A DNA stretch of 64,000 nt from Dehalococcoidia bacterium (GTDB taxonomy: Bacteria > Chloroflexota > Dehalococcoidia > SM23-28-2), in contig DAOUEZ010000012.1 in NCBI GenBank assembly GCA_034429995.1, positions 15,464 to 79,463 on the forward strand. The letters run 5' to 3'. The position numbers and the translations under genes are program-made. Of the stretch, positions 19,314 through 28,711 are shown in pieces (within the stretch, counting starts at the first letter, position 1; each line of letters begins with the position of its first letter). The notes under the pieces are model-generated. The model was not told where the DNA came from. It worked only from the letters and a program-made list of their open reading frames with translations, and ran no database searches.

Positions 19314-19742
19314 ATGGTGACGTTGTTTCCTGACCCTGGGGTGCTGCCTACCCTTCCTCCGCCAAACCCTGGGGAAAGGATACTAATCAGCGTCGAGGGT
19401 GAGCCCCCCCGTAAAGATGTGTCCTTTTCGATACGCAATCCGAAACATCCCAGATACGAGACCTTCCTGAGATTGCGGCAGGAAGCCACAAGGGTCATGA
19501 ATTGCAGGAAGTGGTATGACGGCCCGGTCAGGTTGGTCTTCACCTACTATTCGGAGAGGCTTGAGAGAAGCCTGATTGACTATGTTGGCGGTATTATGGA
19601 CACGCTCGATGGGAGTCACGGACTCACCTTCACCTATCTGCCGATAGTTTTCCAGGATGACTGTCAAGTTTGCGACGCCGAGTCCAGATTCGTACAAGCT
19701 TGCCAGACAACTTATACCGTCGAAGTCATGTCTCTCGAGTAG
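19314..19742 (+). CDS. Possible RusA-family Holliday junction resolvase (low-GC gene)
   Basis: ILISVEGEPPRKD resembles RusA N-terminal phi-x-G-x-P-P-x-K; C-terminal VFQDDCQVCD matches the RusA DDxQV catalytic motif; local GC visibly lower than flanks. Confidence 0.4.
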   Translation: MVTLFPDPGVLPTLPPPNPGERILISVEGEPPRKDVSFSIRNPKHPRYETFLRLRQEATRVMNCRKWYDGPVRLVFTYYSERLERSLIDYVGGIMDTLDGSHGLTFTYLPIVFQDDCQVCDAESRFVQACQTTYTVEVMSLE

Positions 19743-19976
19743 AGGGAACGGCGGCTAAGGGCGAGTCGAGCTTAGAAGACATGCGACCGCAGCCTGAAGG
19801 CTGCGGCATCGGTATGGATTGATGCCATACCCTTCAGGGTGTGGTGCTGAGCCCACAAGAGCGTGAGCGGCGAAAACGCTGTCTTGGGCCAAACTCCTCT
19901 TGTGGCCCTGGCGCCGCCGGTGTATACTTCTGTCTAACCGTATATTCACCTGACTACACGACGATAGGTGGTTGTC

Positions 19977-21110
19977 ATGAATATTTCTTGTCTGCAAGAG
20001 AATCTCTCCAAGGGCCTGTCCATTGTTGGTCGAGCGGTGGCCGTTCGCAGCACACTGCCTCAGACCTCCCATGTCTTCATCGCCACCGACAATGGCCGCC
20101 TCAAGTTAGCGGCCACCAATCTGGAGATTGCTATCACCTCCTGGATTGGCGCCAAGGTAGAGGAGGAGGGGGCGATTACCGTGCCTGCCCGCCTCCTGGG
20201 CGATTTTGTCAACTCCCTGCCCAACGAGCGCATCGAAATGAGCCTGGCGCCCAGGGCCAGGCAGTTGCGCATTGTCTGCGCCCGCAACGAGGCTGCCGTG
20301 GCTGGCATGGACGCCAGCGACTTTCCCCCCATCCCTGCCATCCGCGAAGGGGTCTCCCTCACTCTCGATCCCCTGAGCCTGCGCACCGGTATCAATCAGG
20401 TGGAGTTCGCCGCTGCCAGCGACGACACCCGGCCGGTGCTTACGGGTATTCATCTCCTCAGGGAGGAGCGTAACCTCACCCTGGCCGCTGCCGACGGTTT
20501 CCGCCTGGCCGTGCACACCCTCTCTCTGGAGCAGGAGGCGTCCGAGCGTACTGAGGTCATCATTCCTGCTCGGGCGATGCGAGAGGTCAACCGCCTGCTG
20601 GCCGATGAGGAAGAGCCCATCGAGATGACCATCAACAGCAGCCGCAGTCAGGTTCTGTTTCGCCTCAAGAACGTGGAGCTGGTGGCCCAGCTTATCCAGG
20701 GCACCTTCCCCAACTACAGCCAGCTAATCCCTCAGGCCCACACCTGCCGCGCTGTTGTCGATGTGGCCGAGTTCCTGCGGGAGACGCGCATCGCTGCGAT
20801 CTTCGCCCGCGACGGTAGCGGCATCATCCGCATCCAGGTCACGCCGGGGGAGGAGCTATCGCCAGGCAAGCTGGTCATCTCCGCCCGGGCCGAGGAGCTC
20901 GGTGATAACCGCGGCGAGATCGATGCCTCCGTGGAGGGCGAGGCGTCCAAGGTTGCCTTCAACAGCAGGTATCTCCAGGATGTGCTCCAGGTGCTGGATT
21001 GCAGCCAGGTGGCTCTGGAGACCTCCGGCCCCTCCAGCCCCGGCGTCCTGCGACCGGTGGGCCAGGACAACTACGTCCACGTGGTCATGCCCATGTTCGT
21101 TCAATGGTGA
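19977..21110 (+). CDS. dnaN: DNA polymerase III beta subunit (sliding clamp)
   Basis: MNISCLQENLSKGLSIVGRAV...LTGIHL...three-domain beta clamp architecture. Confidence 0.85.
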   Translation: MNISCLQENLSKGLSIVGRAVAVRSTLPQTSHVFIATDNGRLKLAATNLEIAITSWIGAKVEEEGAITVPARLLGDFVNSLPNERIEMSLAPRARQLRIVCARNEAAVAGMDASDFPPIPAIREGVSLTLDPLSLRTGINQVEFAAASDDTRPVLTGIHLLREERNLTLAAADGFRLAVHTLSLEQEASERTEVIIPARAMREVNRLLADEEEPIEMTINSSRSQVLFRLKNVELVAQLIQGTFPNYSQLIPQAHTCRAVVDVAEFLRETRIAAIFARDGSGIIRIQVTPGEELSPGKLVISARAEELGDNRGEIDASVEGEASKVAFNSRYLQDVLQVLDCSQVALETSGPSSPGVLRPVGQDNYVHVVMPMFVQW

Positions 21111-21189
21111 CGTAGAGCCGAGGGATTCCGTTCCGTTGGGAATTTCAGATTCCCGGCCACACAGTTACGTACTCCACGTGGGGCATTGA

Positions 21190-21966
21190 ATGCCGCGAGA
21201 GGTTGGCTCCTGGACCCAGGACAAACTCAAGATACTACGACAGTATTTGCCGGCTTACCTTGCTGCCACCACCAAAGCACGTGAACGGATCTACATCGAC
21301 GCCTTCGCCGGGCCGGGCTTGAACCGCCTTAGAGGAAGAAACCTCACCATTGACGGGTCACCGCTCATAGCCCTCGATGCCCGTGCCCGGAACGGGACGA
21401 AGTTCGATCGCCTCTTTTTCATCGAGCGTGACCGAGCAGTCGCGGCAGAACTTCGCGGCGTTCTGAAAACTCGCGACAAGACTCAACGGGCCAGCGTAAT
21501 TGACGGGGACGTCAACAAGGAACTGCCCAGACTGATCACCAAGCTTCATCGACGATCTCCCACATTCGTTTTTGTTGATCCAGAGGGAATCGAACCTCAA
21601 TGGACCACCATAGAGGCCATCGCTCCATGGCGAACTGAGCTGCTGATCAATTTCCCACTCGGGATGAGCATCAATCGAAACCCAGATAGTGCTAAGGTGA
21701 CTGCGTATTTTGGGACAGACCAGTGGCGGCAGGTATGGAACTCAACACGTCCGGGTAAGAGTCGCGCGGTGTTGCAACTGTACAAGGAGCGGCTGCGCAA
21801 GCTTGGGTACCAATATACCACCGAAGACGATCGCCTCATCAAAACAAGTGGACGCCGACGCCTTTACTACCTCGTCTTCGTCAGTAAGGTGCTTCCAGCC
21901 AAGAAAATCATGACTTGGGTGTTCGGGCAACCGGATTCGGTTGGTCAGACTCGCATGAACATCTGA
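21190..21966 (+). CDS. tcmP: Three-Cys-motif partner protein TcmP-like (methyltransferase-fold)
   Basis: 258 aa; IDAFAGPG SAM-binding-like motif; found immediately adjacent to a DUF5131 gene as in the described TcmP pairing; lower GC than surroundings. Confidence 0.55.
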   Translation: MPREVGSWTQDKLKILRQYLPAYLAATTKARERIYIDAFAGPGLNRLRGRNLTIDGSPLIALDARARNGTKFDRLFFIERDRAVAAELRGVLKTRDKTQRASVIDGDVNKELPRLITKLHRRSPTFVFVDPEGIEPQWTTIEAIAPWRTELLINFPLGMSINRNPDSAKVTAYFGTDQWRQVWNSTRPGKSRAVLQLYKERLRKLGYQYTTEDDRLIKTSGRRRLYYLVFVSKVLPAKKIMTWVFGQPDSVGQTRMNI

Positions 21967-21974
21967 GTTGGGGA

Positions 21975-22742
21975 CTACCCATAAACCATCGCTGAGACTT
22001 CTGCGGCTGGGAGACTCGGAGCCGGGAACTCGTTCCAAGTCTTGCCATCCAATATTCGTCCGGCGACCTTCTTGCCAAGTCGCTCGCCTGCTTCGTTGTG
22101 GGCTCCCCACTGTTTGAAGAAGAATGGCACGCGTGTTTGCTGACACTGTTGTCGTATCTCCCGCACCCAGTCTGCCTTCATGGGGCGGGCGTGCGGCCCG
22201 CTTTCCCCGCCGACAATCACCCAGTCGATGCCCTGCAGATCCAGGCGAAGAGGGCCCAACAGCGGCTCGCACGATAGAAAGTGCACCTTGGCGGGCACCT
22301 TCCGCAGGTCATCGATTCGACACGTCCACCGCTGATTCTCTACTGATACGCCCATCCAGACGTTGTCGGGCCAAGACAAGCGTGGCGCCAGCTGCACCAG
22401 TCGCTCTGATCGCTTCGTGAGTATCTGGAAGGTGTGCCAATCGGCCTCTGCCATGACGCTGAGCACCGACTCGATGAACTCGTCCGGGACATCCTCATGG
22501 AACAGATCGCTCATGGAGTTGACGAAGATCATGTGGGGCTGAGTCCACTTCAGGGGCTGCTCAAGTCGCTCCGGTCGGAGCTGGAGGTCAAAGCCGCGTT
22601 CGTACGGATGGCCGGGTACGCCTCGAAAGCGCTCCGCAAAGGTTTCAGCGTAGCAGTGAGCGCAGCCTGGGCTCACCTTTGAGCATCCGGTGACGGGATT
22701 CCACGTTGCCTCGGTCCACTCGATAGAGGAGCGCTGTGCCAT
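21975..22742 (-). CDS. Phage Gp37/Gp68 family (DUF5131) three-Cys-motif protein
   Basis: N-terminal IEWTEATWNPVTGCSKVSPGCAHCYAE (C-x6-C-x2-C) characteristic of PF07505; convergent with tcmP-like gene, 8-bp gap. Confidence 0.7.
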   Translation of the reverse strand: MAQRSSIEWTEATWNPVTGCSKVSPGCAHCYAETFAERFRGVPGHPYERGFDLQLRPERLEQPLKWTQPHMIFVNSMSDLFHEDVPDEFIESVLSVMAEADWHTFQILTKRSERLVQLAPRLSWPDNVWMGVSVENQRWTCRIDDLRKVPAKVHFLSCEPLLGPLRLDLQGIDWVIVGGESGPHARPMKADWVREIRQQCQQTRVPFFFKQWGAHNEAGERLGKKVAGRILDGKTWNEFPAPSLPAAEVSAMVYG

Positions 22743-22756
22743 TTCAACATCCTAGA

Positions 22757-22798
22757 GCTAGATGTGCTGCGGCCTCATCCTAACATCTAGCTTGTCGC
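22757..22798. promoter_or_regulatory. Perfect 10-bp inverted repeat (agctagatgt ... acatctagct) upstream of DUF5131 gene
   Basis: Direct reading; 22-bp spacer; located 15-55 bp upstream of the minus-strand start at 22742. Confidence 0.3.
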
Positions 22799-23025
22799 AG
22801 TGCATGTGCACTATGCCTTCGCCAAGTCCATGCTCAGTATCGAATATACACCGCTGGGCGCGGAAATGGGAGACCTTCTACGCCTTGGTTTGCCGTGCGT
22901 GCCCATGCTCGTTCGGCGGAGATGTAACAATAGCGGGCGGCGGTGAGTCTCTTCATAGGTGGGCAGGCTTAGTTTGCCCATGTGTTAGCTTGTCTTGTCT
23001 CCTTCTCAGCATAGGCAGGGGGGCT

Positions 23026-23724
23026 ATGAGAATACTAGCGGTAGATGACGAACCCGAGGTTATCGACGTAGTACGGCTTTGCTTCAATCTCCGCTGGCCG
23101 GAGGCAGAAGTGATCGCCGCCACTACCGGCCAGGAGGCGCTGGCCGCTATCGAAGGGCAAGCGCCTGACCTGGTGCTCCTGGACATCATGCTCCCCGATA
23201 TCGACGGTTTCCAGGTGTGTGAAGAGGTGCGGCGCTTCTCTGATGTTCCCATTATCATGCTCACCGCCCGCGATGCGGAGGTGGAGCGGGTGCGTGGGCT
23301 GGAGATGGGAGCCGACGATTACATTACTAAGCCCTTCAGCCACCTGGAACTGCTGGCGCGATCGCGGGCAGTTCTGCGTCGCTATCAGAACCAGCCGCCC
23401 GCCGTGGGCGAGGCGTTCGAGGCAGGCAACTTCCAGATGGACTACAGCACTCGCAGGGTGACGGTAGGGGACAAGCAGGTGAGGCTTACCCCCATCGAGT
23501 ACGGCCTCCTCTATCACCTGACCCGCAACGCCGGTCGGGTGCTGCCCCATCGCACTCTCCTGGCCAAGGTCTGGGGCCGGGAGTACACCGATGAATTGGA
23601 CTACCTGAAGGTTTACATCCGCCGCCTTCGCCACAAGCTGGGCGACGAGATGAGTGCCACTATCTCCATCGAAAGCGAGAGAGGGGTCGGCTACCGGCTG
23701 GTCCCCACCGATTCCCAATCGTAA
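23026..23724 (+). CDS. OmpR/PhoB-family two-component response regulator
   Basis: Receiver domain (LAVDDEP...DLVLLDIMLPDIDG...K) plus winged-helix trans_reg_C (VRLTPIEYGLLYHL...YLKVYIRRLRHKL); long ORF 22762 trimmed to ATG 23026. Confidence 0.8.
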   Translation: MRILAVDDEPEVIDVVRLCFNLRWPEAEVIAATTGQEALAAIEGQAPDLVLLDIMLPDIDGFQVCEEVRRFSDVPIIMLTARDAEVERVRGLEMGADDYITKPFSHLELLARSRAVLRRYQNQPPAVGEAFEAGNFQMDYSTRRVTVGDKQVRLTPIEYGLLYHLTRNAGRVLPHRTLLAKVWGREYTDELDYLKVYIRRLRHKLGDEMSATISIESERGVGYRLVPTDSQS

Positions 23725-24010
23725 CGTCACCTCCCTAGAGCAGTGAGCGGTCGCACGCTGGGCGCGCCCGTTGCACATTGTCAGGCGGCCACAGCCAGCC
23801 TTCACCCTCTTTTAACGCTCCCGTTCCTGTTTTTCACTGATCCCTAGGTTCGTTCCGGCGATAATAGCCGTAGCGGAAACGGAAGTTTGTGTGGCTTCCT
23901 GGGGAAACCGATTTGCTTGAGTGGCGAAAAGCCGTTATGGTTCGCGCCTCATTCGTTTACATAAGGATAACGCTGCAATGGGTGGCGTTCCTCTCTAGCG
24001 GGATAGGTGG

Positions 24011-25663
24011 GTGATGGACATGTGGCAAAAGGGTCGTTTCGGCAAAGGACTGCTTTTGTGGGCCTTGGCGCTCGTTGTGGTTGGCGGGCTGGCGGTGGCC
24101 GCTCTTGTCGCCAGCCAGGTTAGTTTCGCCAGCGGTTCTCAGAGTGCGCCTCAGTGTTGGACGCCCACGCCGACCCCAACGCCTCCGGCTCCGCCCTACC
24201 TCGTGACTGACAAGAATGCTGATCCTGGGAAGTGCGAAGAGGCGGAGATCGAGCTCATCGTGCGAGGTGAAGGCGATCCGGTGTACAAGCCCCTGGACGT
24301 GATGCTAGTCCTGGACGAGTCGGGGTCCATGGGGAAGCCGTCCGGCGACCCACCCATCGGGTATCTCAAGGACGCCGCCAAGAAACTGCTGCAGGAGCTG
24401 GATTCGAGCCAGGACCGAGTCGGCCTGGTGTCCTATTCGACCAACGCCCACCTCGGCCGGCAACTGACCCACAACTTCAGCCTGGTGGAGAGCGCTATTA
24501 ATGGTTTGAGCGCCGATGGCTACACCAACATCGGTGACGGCGTCTACGATGCTCAGAAGGAGCTGGACGACCACGGCCGTACCGATGCCATGCCGGTGAT
24601 GGTGGTGCTGAGCGACGGTGTCGCCAATCGTAGGCACGCAGCCGCCGGTTGCAGAAGCGTATGTCCCGCTTCTCACAACGACTGCACGGGGGACGCCATC
24701 AACCAGGCAGTGACGGCCAAGACCAAGGGCACAATCCTGTTCACGATCGGTCTGGGCTTCGAAGATCCTGACTTTGTGTGCCCCAGAGGGACCGACCTCG
24801 GCGCTGTGGTAGCGTTGGCCCGCGAAACGCTGCAGACCATGGCCTCCGGTACGGAGAATTACTTCGAGGCGCCGAAGCCTAGCGACCTTGAGGGCATCTT
24901 TGAAGACATCGCCGAGATCATCACCAACATCGCTGGTTACGACGTAACGGTCATCGAGATCCTGCCGTCCTACATGCACTACATCGCTAGCTCAGGGAGC
25001 CCGGCGCATACCACACACGATGCGGGGCCGCCGGAGACCGTGACGTGGGACTTGGGCAATGTGGCCATCGACGAAGAGTACCATATTACCTTCAGCGCGG
25101 AAGTGGACGTGGCGATGGCAGGTTCTTCCGTCCTGGCGGACGTATGGCCCGACACCCGAGTCGAGTATTTTGACTACCTGGACAGCCCGCACTCGGTGCC
25201 CTTCCCAAAGGCATGGGTAACTGTGGAGGCTTGCCCCACACCTACGCCTACACCTACACCTACGCCTACACCTACGCCTACGCCTACACCGACGCCCACA
25301 CCCACCCCGACGCCTACGCCTACGCCCACACCCACCCCGACGCCTACACCGACGCCTACACCGACACCCACGCCCACACCGACGCCCACCGCTACGCCCA
25401 CGCCTACACCAACGGCAACACCTACCCCAACGCCCTCGCCAACACCTGCTCCGACGGTCACGCCATCTGCTCTGCCGGAGGCCGAGACTCCCACGCCGAC
25501 CGTGCCGCCTGGCATGCCAGCGGCTCTGCCGGCAACCGGGGGCAGCGGCGCAACGCCGTTGACCACGGTTTGGCCCGCGCTGGCGCTCATGGCTGGTGCT
25601 ATGGCCTTGATGCTGGCGGGCACGGGGAGTGCGGTGTGGTCGCTGAGGCGGCGGAATAAGTAG
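24011..25663 (+). CDS. Cell-surface von Willebrand factor A domain protein with (TP)n linker and LPXTG sortase anchor
   Basis: Signal peptide; MIDAS motif [13 protein letters not shown]; about 70-residue PTPTPT linker; LPATGG + hydrophobic segment + RRRNK tail. Confidence 0.7.
   Translation: MMDMWQKGRFGKGLLLWALALVVVGGLAVAALVASQVSFASGSQSAPQCWTPTPTPTPPAPPYLVTDKNADPGKCEEAEIELIVRGEGDPVYKPLDVMLVLDESGSMGKPSGDPPIGYLKDAAKKLLQELDSSQDRVGLVSYSTNAHLGRQLTHNFSLVESAINGLSADGYTNIGDGVYDAQKELDDHGRTDAMPVMVVLSDGVANRRHAAAGCRSVCPASHNDCTGDAINQAVTAKTKGTILFTIGLGFEDPDFVCPRGTDLGAVVALARETLQTMASGTENYFEAPKPSDLEGIFEDIAEIITNIAGYDVTVIEILPSYMHYIASSGSPAHTTHDAGPPETVTWDLGNVAIDEEYHITFSAEVDVAMAGSSVLADVWPDTRVEYFDYLDSPHSVPFPKAWVTVEACPTPTPTPTPTPTPTPTPTPTPTPTPTPTPTPTPTPTPTPTPTPTPTPTPTPTATPTPTPTATPTPTPSPTPAPTVTPSALPEAETPTPTVPPGMPAALPATGGSGATPLTTVWPALALMAGAMALMLAGTGSAVWSLRRRNK
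25234..25445 (+). repeat. Coding tandem hexanucleotide-based (acgcct/acacct) repeat encoding (TP)n linker
   Basis: Direct reading; inside VWA surface protein ORF. Confidence 0.85.
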
Positions 25664-25697
25664 CGAACGACTCCTTTGCTCTCGAGGCCGGATAGTC

Positions 25698-25727
25698 GAG
25701 GCCCCAGGCGAACCCGCCTGGGGCCTC
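25698..25727 (+). terminator. Perfect 13-bp stem hairpin downstream of VWA surface-protein gene (possible terminator, weak U tract)
   Basis: gaggccccaggcg aacc cgcctggggcctc; T-rich run only about 20 nt downstream. Confidence 0.35.
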
Positions 25728-25859
25728 GCTGTTGGAGGTTTCCTCCCCTTTTCCTCAGCAATAGCCTCGCATAACGGATTTTATTCGTAGCGGGGAGAAC
25801 CTGTAACAGGGGCGTGGCTGCGGTGTCTTTATGTTTAGAGAGCCTGCCGAGGTCAGCTC

Positions 25860-27320
25860 ATGTTTCGTATTAGGCAGTATCCCTTTGCCAGGGACCCTCT
25901 GCGAGAGGTAAGCCTTCTCAAGCGATGGGTGAGGGTTGGCGCTTTCTTGGCGACCCTCACTCTTGTGTTGCTTTACCTCTTCGCCTTCGACCTGTCTGTG
26001 GAGAGGGGCGTTATCATCTTCCTGACGATGGGCGTCACTGCTGCCCTGGCCATCGAGCTGGCCTTCAGTCATATTCTTCGCCTGGCCAGAGCAAGCATTT
26101 ATCCGGTGAAGCTGGCGGTGGAGCTGAGCCCTTTGCAGGGCTTCAAAGAGGCCTGCCGTCGCAGCGCCGAGATGGTGGCCCAGCTTTTGGGGGCAGAAGC
26201 GGCGGTGGTGGCCTGGATACACAGCGACCTGCAAGAGCTGGAGCCGCTGGCCAGTGCAGGCCTTCCCAAGCAGTGGCTCAAGGTGGCTCCCCACCTCTCC
26301 TTGGCCGAAAGCGAGCTTCAGGATGCGGTACAGCGAGGTCAGGTGGTCACCAAGCGAACGGCAGCCGGAGACCGTTGGTTTTCCGGCCTCGGCGAATCGT
26401 ATTCTGTGACCTATGTGCCCCTCCTATCCTCGGACAAGGTGATCGGCGTCCTTGGATTGGCAGGCGATAGCGCCACCTTCAATCCCACGGACCGTCGGCT
26501 GTTGAGCGCTATCGGCGTCGTCATTGGCCTGGCCCTGGATAACGCCCGCTTGTACGATCAGGAGAGGAAGCGGGCTGAGCGGCTGCAAGAGCTCGCCCAA
26601 ATAAGGAGCGATTTTCTCCTTACAGTCTCCCATGAACTACGAACGCCTCTCACCTCGGTCAAGACATCTGCTGAGATGCTCCAGGAAGAGGATGACTCGC
26701 CGGCGGAGAGTCCACAGGGCCAGCTCATCCGCAATATTGTGCAAGGCGTCAGTCGACTCAACACTCTCATTGGTGATCTGGTGAGCATGGCCCGCCTGAG
26801 CAATAACCAGCTCCAATTGAACCTGGAACCGGTGGGAACGGGCGAGATGGCAAACGCCGCCTGTAACCTTATCCGGCCCCTCATCCAAACGAAAAGGCAG
26901 ACCCTCGATGTTCACTTCGACGTCCCCGGGCCCAAGGTGCTGGCGGACCAGCGGCGCTTCGAACAGATATTGGTGAACCTGCTATCCAATGCCCATCGCT
27001 TCACGCCTGCCGGTGGGCGCATCAGCGTCGAGGTGCGCGAGGAAGGCGACGAGGTTATCATCGCCGTCTCCGATACCGGTTCCGGCATCCCCGAGCGCGA
27101 ACGGCGGGCCATCTTCGAGCCCTTCTATCGGGGTAGAGAAGGCTCCGGCAGGCGTGTGCCTGGAGGCATGGGCATGGGCCTGGCTATCGCCAAATCTCTA
27201 ACAGAGCTGCACGGCGGGCGCATCTGGGTGGAGAGCAGCGAGGGCGGTAGCACGTTCTTCTTGGCCATTCAGCGTTACCTGGAGCCCGCCGTCGAGCCTG
27301 TGAAGGCGCAGGCCATCTAG
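25860..27320 (+). CDS. Sensor histidine kinase with N-terminal TM region and GAF domain
   Basis: H-box SHELRTPLTSV, N/G1/G2 boxes (LLSNAHRFT, DTGSGIP, GMGMGLAI). Confidence 0.75.
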   Translation: MFRIRQYPFARDPLREVSLLKRWVRVGAFLATLTLVLLYLFAFDLSVERGVIIFLTMGVTAALAIELAFSHILRLARASIYPVKLAVELSPLQGFKEACRRSAEMVAQLLGAEAAVVAWIHSDLQELEPLASAGLPKQWLKVAPHLSLAESELQDAVQRGQVVTKRTAAGDRWFSGLGESYSVTYVPLLSSDKVIGVLGLAGDSATFNPTDRRLLSAIGVVIGLALDNARLYDQERKRAERLQELAQIRSDFLLTVSHELRTPLTSVKTSAEMLQEEDDSPAESPQGQLIRNIVQGVSRLNTLIGDLVSMARLSNNQLQLNLEPVGTGEMANAACNLIRPLIQTKRQTLDVHFDVPGPKVLADQRRFEQILVNLLSNAHRFTPAGGRISVEVREEGDEVIIAVSDTGSGIPERERRAIFEPFYRGREGSGRRVPGGMGMGLAIAKSLTELHGGRIWVESSEGGSTFFLAIQRYLEPAVEPVKAQAI

Positions 27321-27384
27321 GCTTCCCGCCACTGCTAGGCCATTTGCTTCGATTCCCCCTGGGTTCCTGCTCCAGCCCATAGGC

Positions 27385-27434
27385 TATAATGATGGCGCCT
27401 GCCTGTCGGGAGGCGGGGTTTCCATTCCGACAGG
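27385..27434 (+). promoter_or_regulatory. Candidate recF promoter -10 (TATAAT) followed by 8-bp-stem hairpin in leader
   Basis: TATAAT at 27385-27390; cctgtcgg/ccgacagg inverted repeat 27402-27434; no convincing -35. Confidence 0.25.
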
Positions 27435-27457
27435 CCTGAGCAGCCTGGGAGCTTGCC

Positions 27458-28711
27458 ATGAGAGTGCGTCGCCTCCAGCTATCCGATTATCGCAACTTCC
27501 CCCGGCTGGACTTCGCTCTCCCCGCTGGGCCAGTGGTCATTGTGGGGGGCAACGCCCGGGGCAAGAGCAATCTTCTGGAGGCGGTCTGTCTCCTTTCGAC
27601 GATGCGCTCGCCCCGGGCCGACAGCGATGGCGAGCTGATCCGCCGGCAGGCTGCCCAGGCGATGGGGACGCCGCCCCTGGCCCGCCTGGTGGCCGAGGTG
27701 GAGAGGGATAGTGGGCCTCTGCGGCTGGAGATGGTCATCGTTGCCCGCAGCGGAGGCCTGGGCTCCCTTGCTGCCCGACCCGCTGGCGTCCCCCGTGCCA
27801 ACAAGGTGGTGCGGGTGAACGGCGTCGCCAGGCGCCTGGCCGACGCCGTGGGTCAGCTGAACGCGGTGCTGTTCACCGCCCACGACATGGAGGTAATTGA
27901 CGGCCCACCGTCCCTGCGCCGGCGCTATCTGGATATCACCATCTCTCAGGTGGACAGGGGCTACCTGCGGGCCCTTCAGCGCTACGCCAAGGTGCTCCTC
28001 CAGCGCAACCATCTCCTGAAGCGAGTGCAAGAGGGCAGCGCCCGCCGAGAGGAACTGGCCTTCTGGAGCCAGGAGCTAGTGCGGGAGGGCAGTTACATCA
28101 TCTGGGCGCGGGCCCAGACGGTGGCTAGCCTGGGGCCCCTGGCCGCGGCTGCCCACGCCGCCCTAACCGAGGGGCAGGAGGAGCTGACGCTGGTCTACCA
28201 GCCCCAGTTGGGGGGAGCGGTCGACGGTCTCCAGGCCGCCTCCCTCAGCCAGAGCGAGCTTGCTGCAGCCTTCGCTCAGGTCGTGGGTCGCTGGGGTGAG
28301 CGGGAGATAGGAGCCGGCGCTTCCCTTCTGGGCCCTCACCGCGACGATCTGCTGTTCCACCTTAACGGCATCTCGGCAGCTACCTTTGCCTCGCGGGCCC
28401 AGCAGCGCACCATCGCCTTGGCCCTGCGCCTGGCCGAGGCCCGCTACCTCCTGGAACGACGAGGCGAGTCGCCAGTCCTCCTTTTGGACGACGTCCTCTC
28501 GGAGTTGGACGGCGGGCGGCGGGCGGCGGTGCTGGCTGCCATCGCCGACTACGAACAGGTGCTGGTTACGGCCACGGAGCTGGATCGCTTCTTGGCAGAC
28601 TTCCTGAAGGGCGCGAACCTATTCCAGGTGGCTGGAGGCTCGCTGGAGGCTGTGGTTGGGGCTTCCGGCGCCGAAACAGGGGAATCCTCTTCCGGGGCAC
28701 CATCACCGTGA
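27458..28711 (+). CDS. recF: DNA replication and repair protein RecF (with low-complexity C-terminal tail)
   Basis: Walker A GGNARGKSNLLEA, signature LSQSELAAAFAQ... region, Walker B LLLDDVLSELD. Confidence 0.85.
   Translation: MRVRRLQLSDYRNFPRLDFALPAGPVVIVGGNARGKSNLLEAVCLLSTMRSPRADSDGELIRRQAAQAMGTPPLARLVAEVERDSGPLRLEMVIVARSGGLGSLAARPAGVPRANKVVRVNGVARRLADAVGQLNAVLFTAHDMEVIDGPPSLRRRYLDITISQVDRGYLRALQRYAKVLLQRNHLLKRVQEGSARREELAFWSQELVREGSYIIWARAQTVASLGPLAAAAHAALTEGQEELTLVYQPQLGGAVDGLQAASLSQSELAAAFAQVVGRWGEREIGAGASLLGPHRDDLLFHLNGISAATFASRAQQRTIALALRLAEARYLLERRGESPVLLLDDVLSELDGGRRAAVLAAIADYEQVLVTATELDRFLADFLKGANLFQVAGGSLEAVVGASGAETGESSSGAPSP

Noticed and set aside
25234-25445. Highly regular short DNA repeats that could be taken for a CRISPR array
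   Set aside because: The repeats are 6-bp units in frame, encoding a (TP)n protein linker inside a VWA surface-protein ORF. There are no spacers of unique sequence and no cas genes. The same reasoning applies to the 42-bp coding repeats at 38959-39175.
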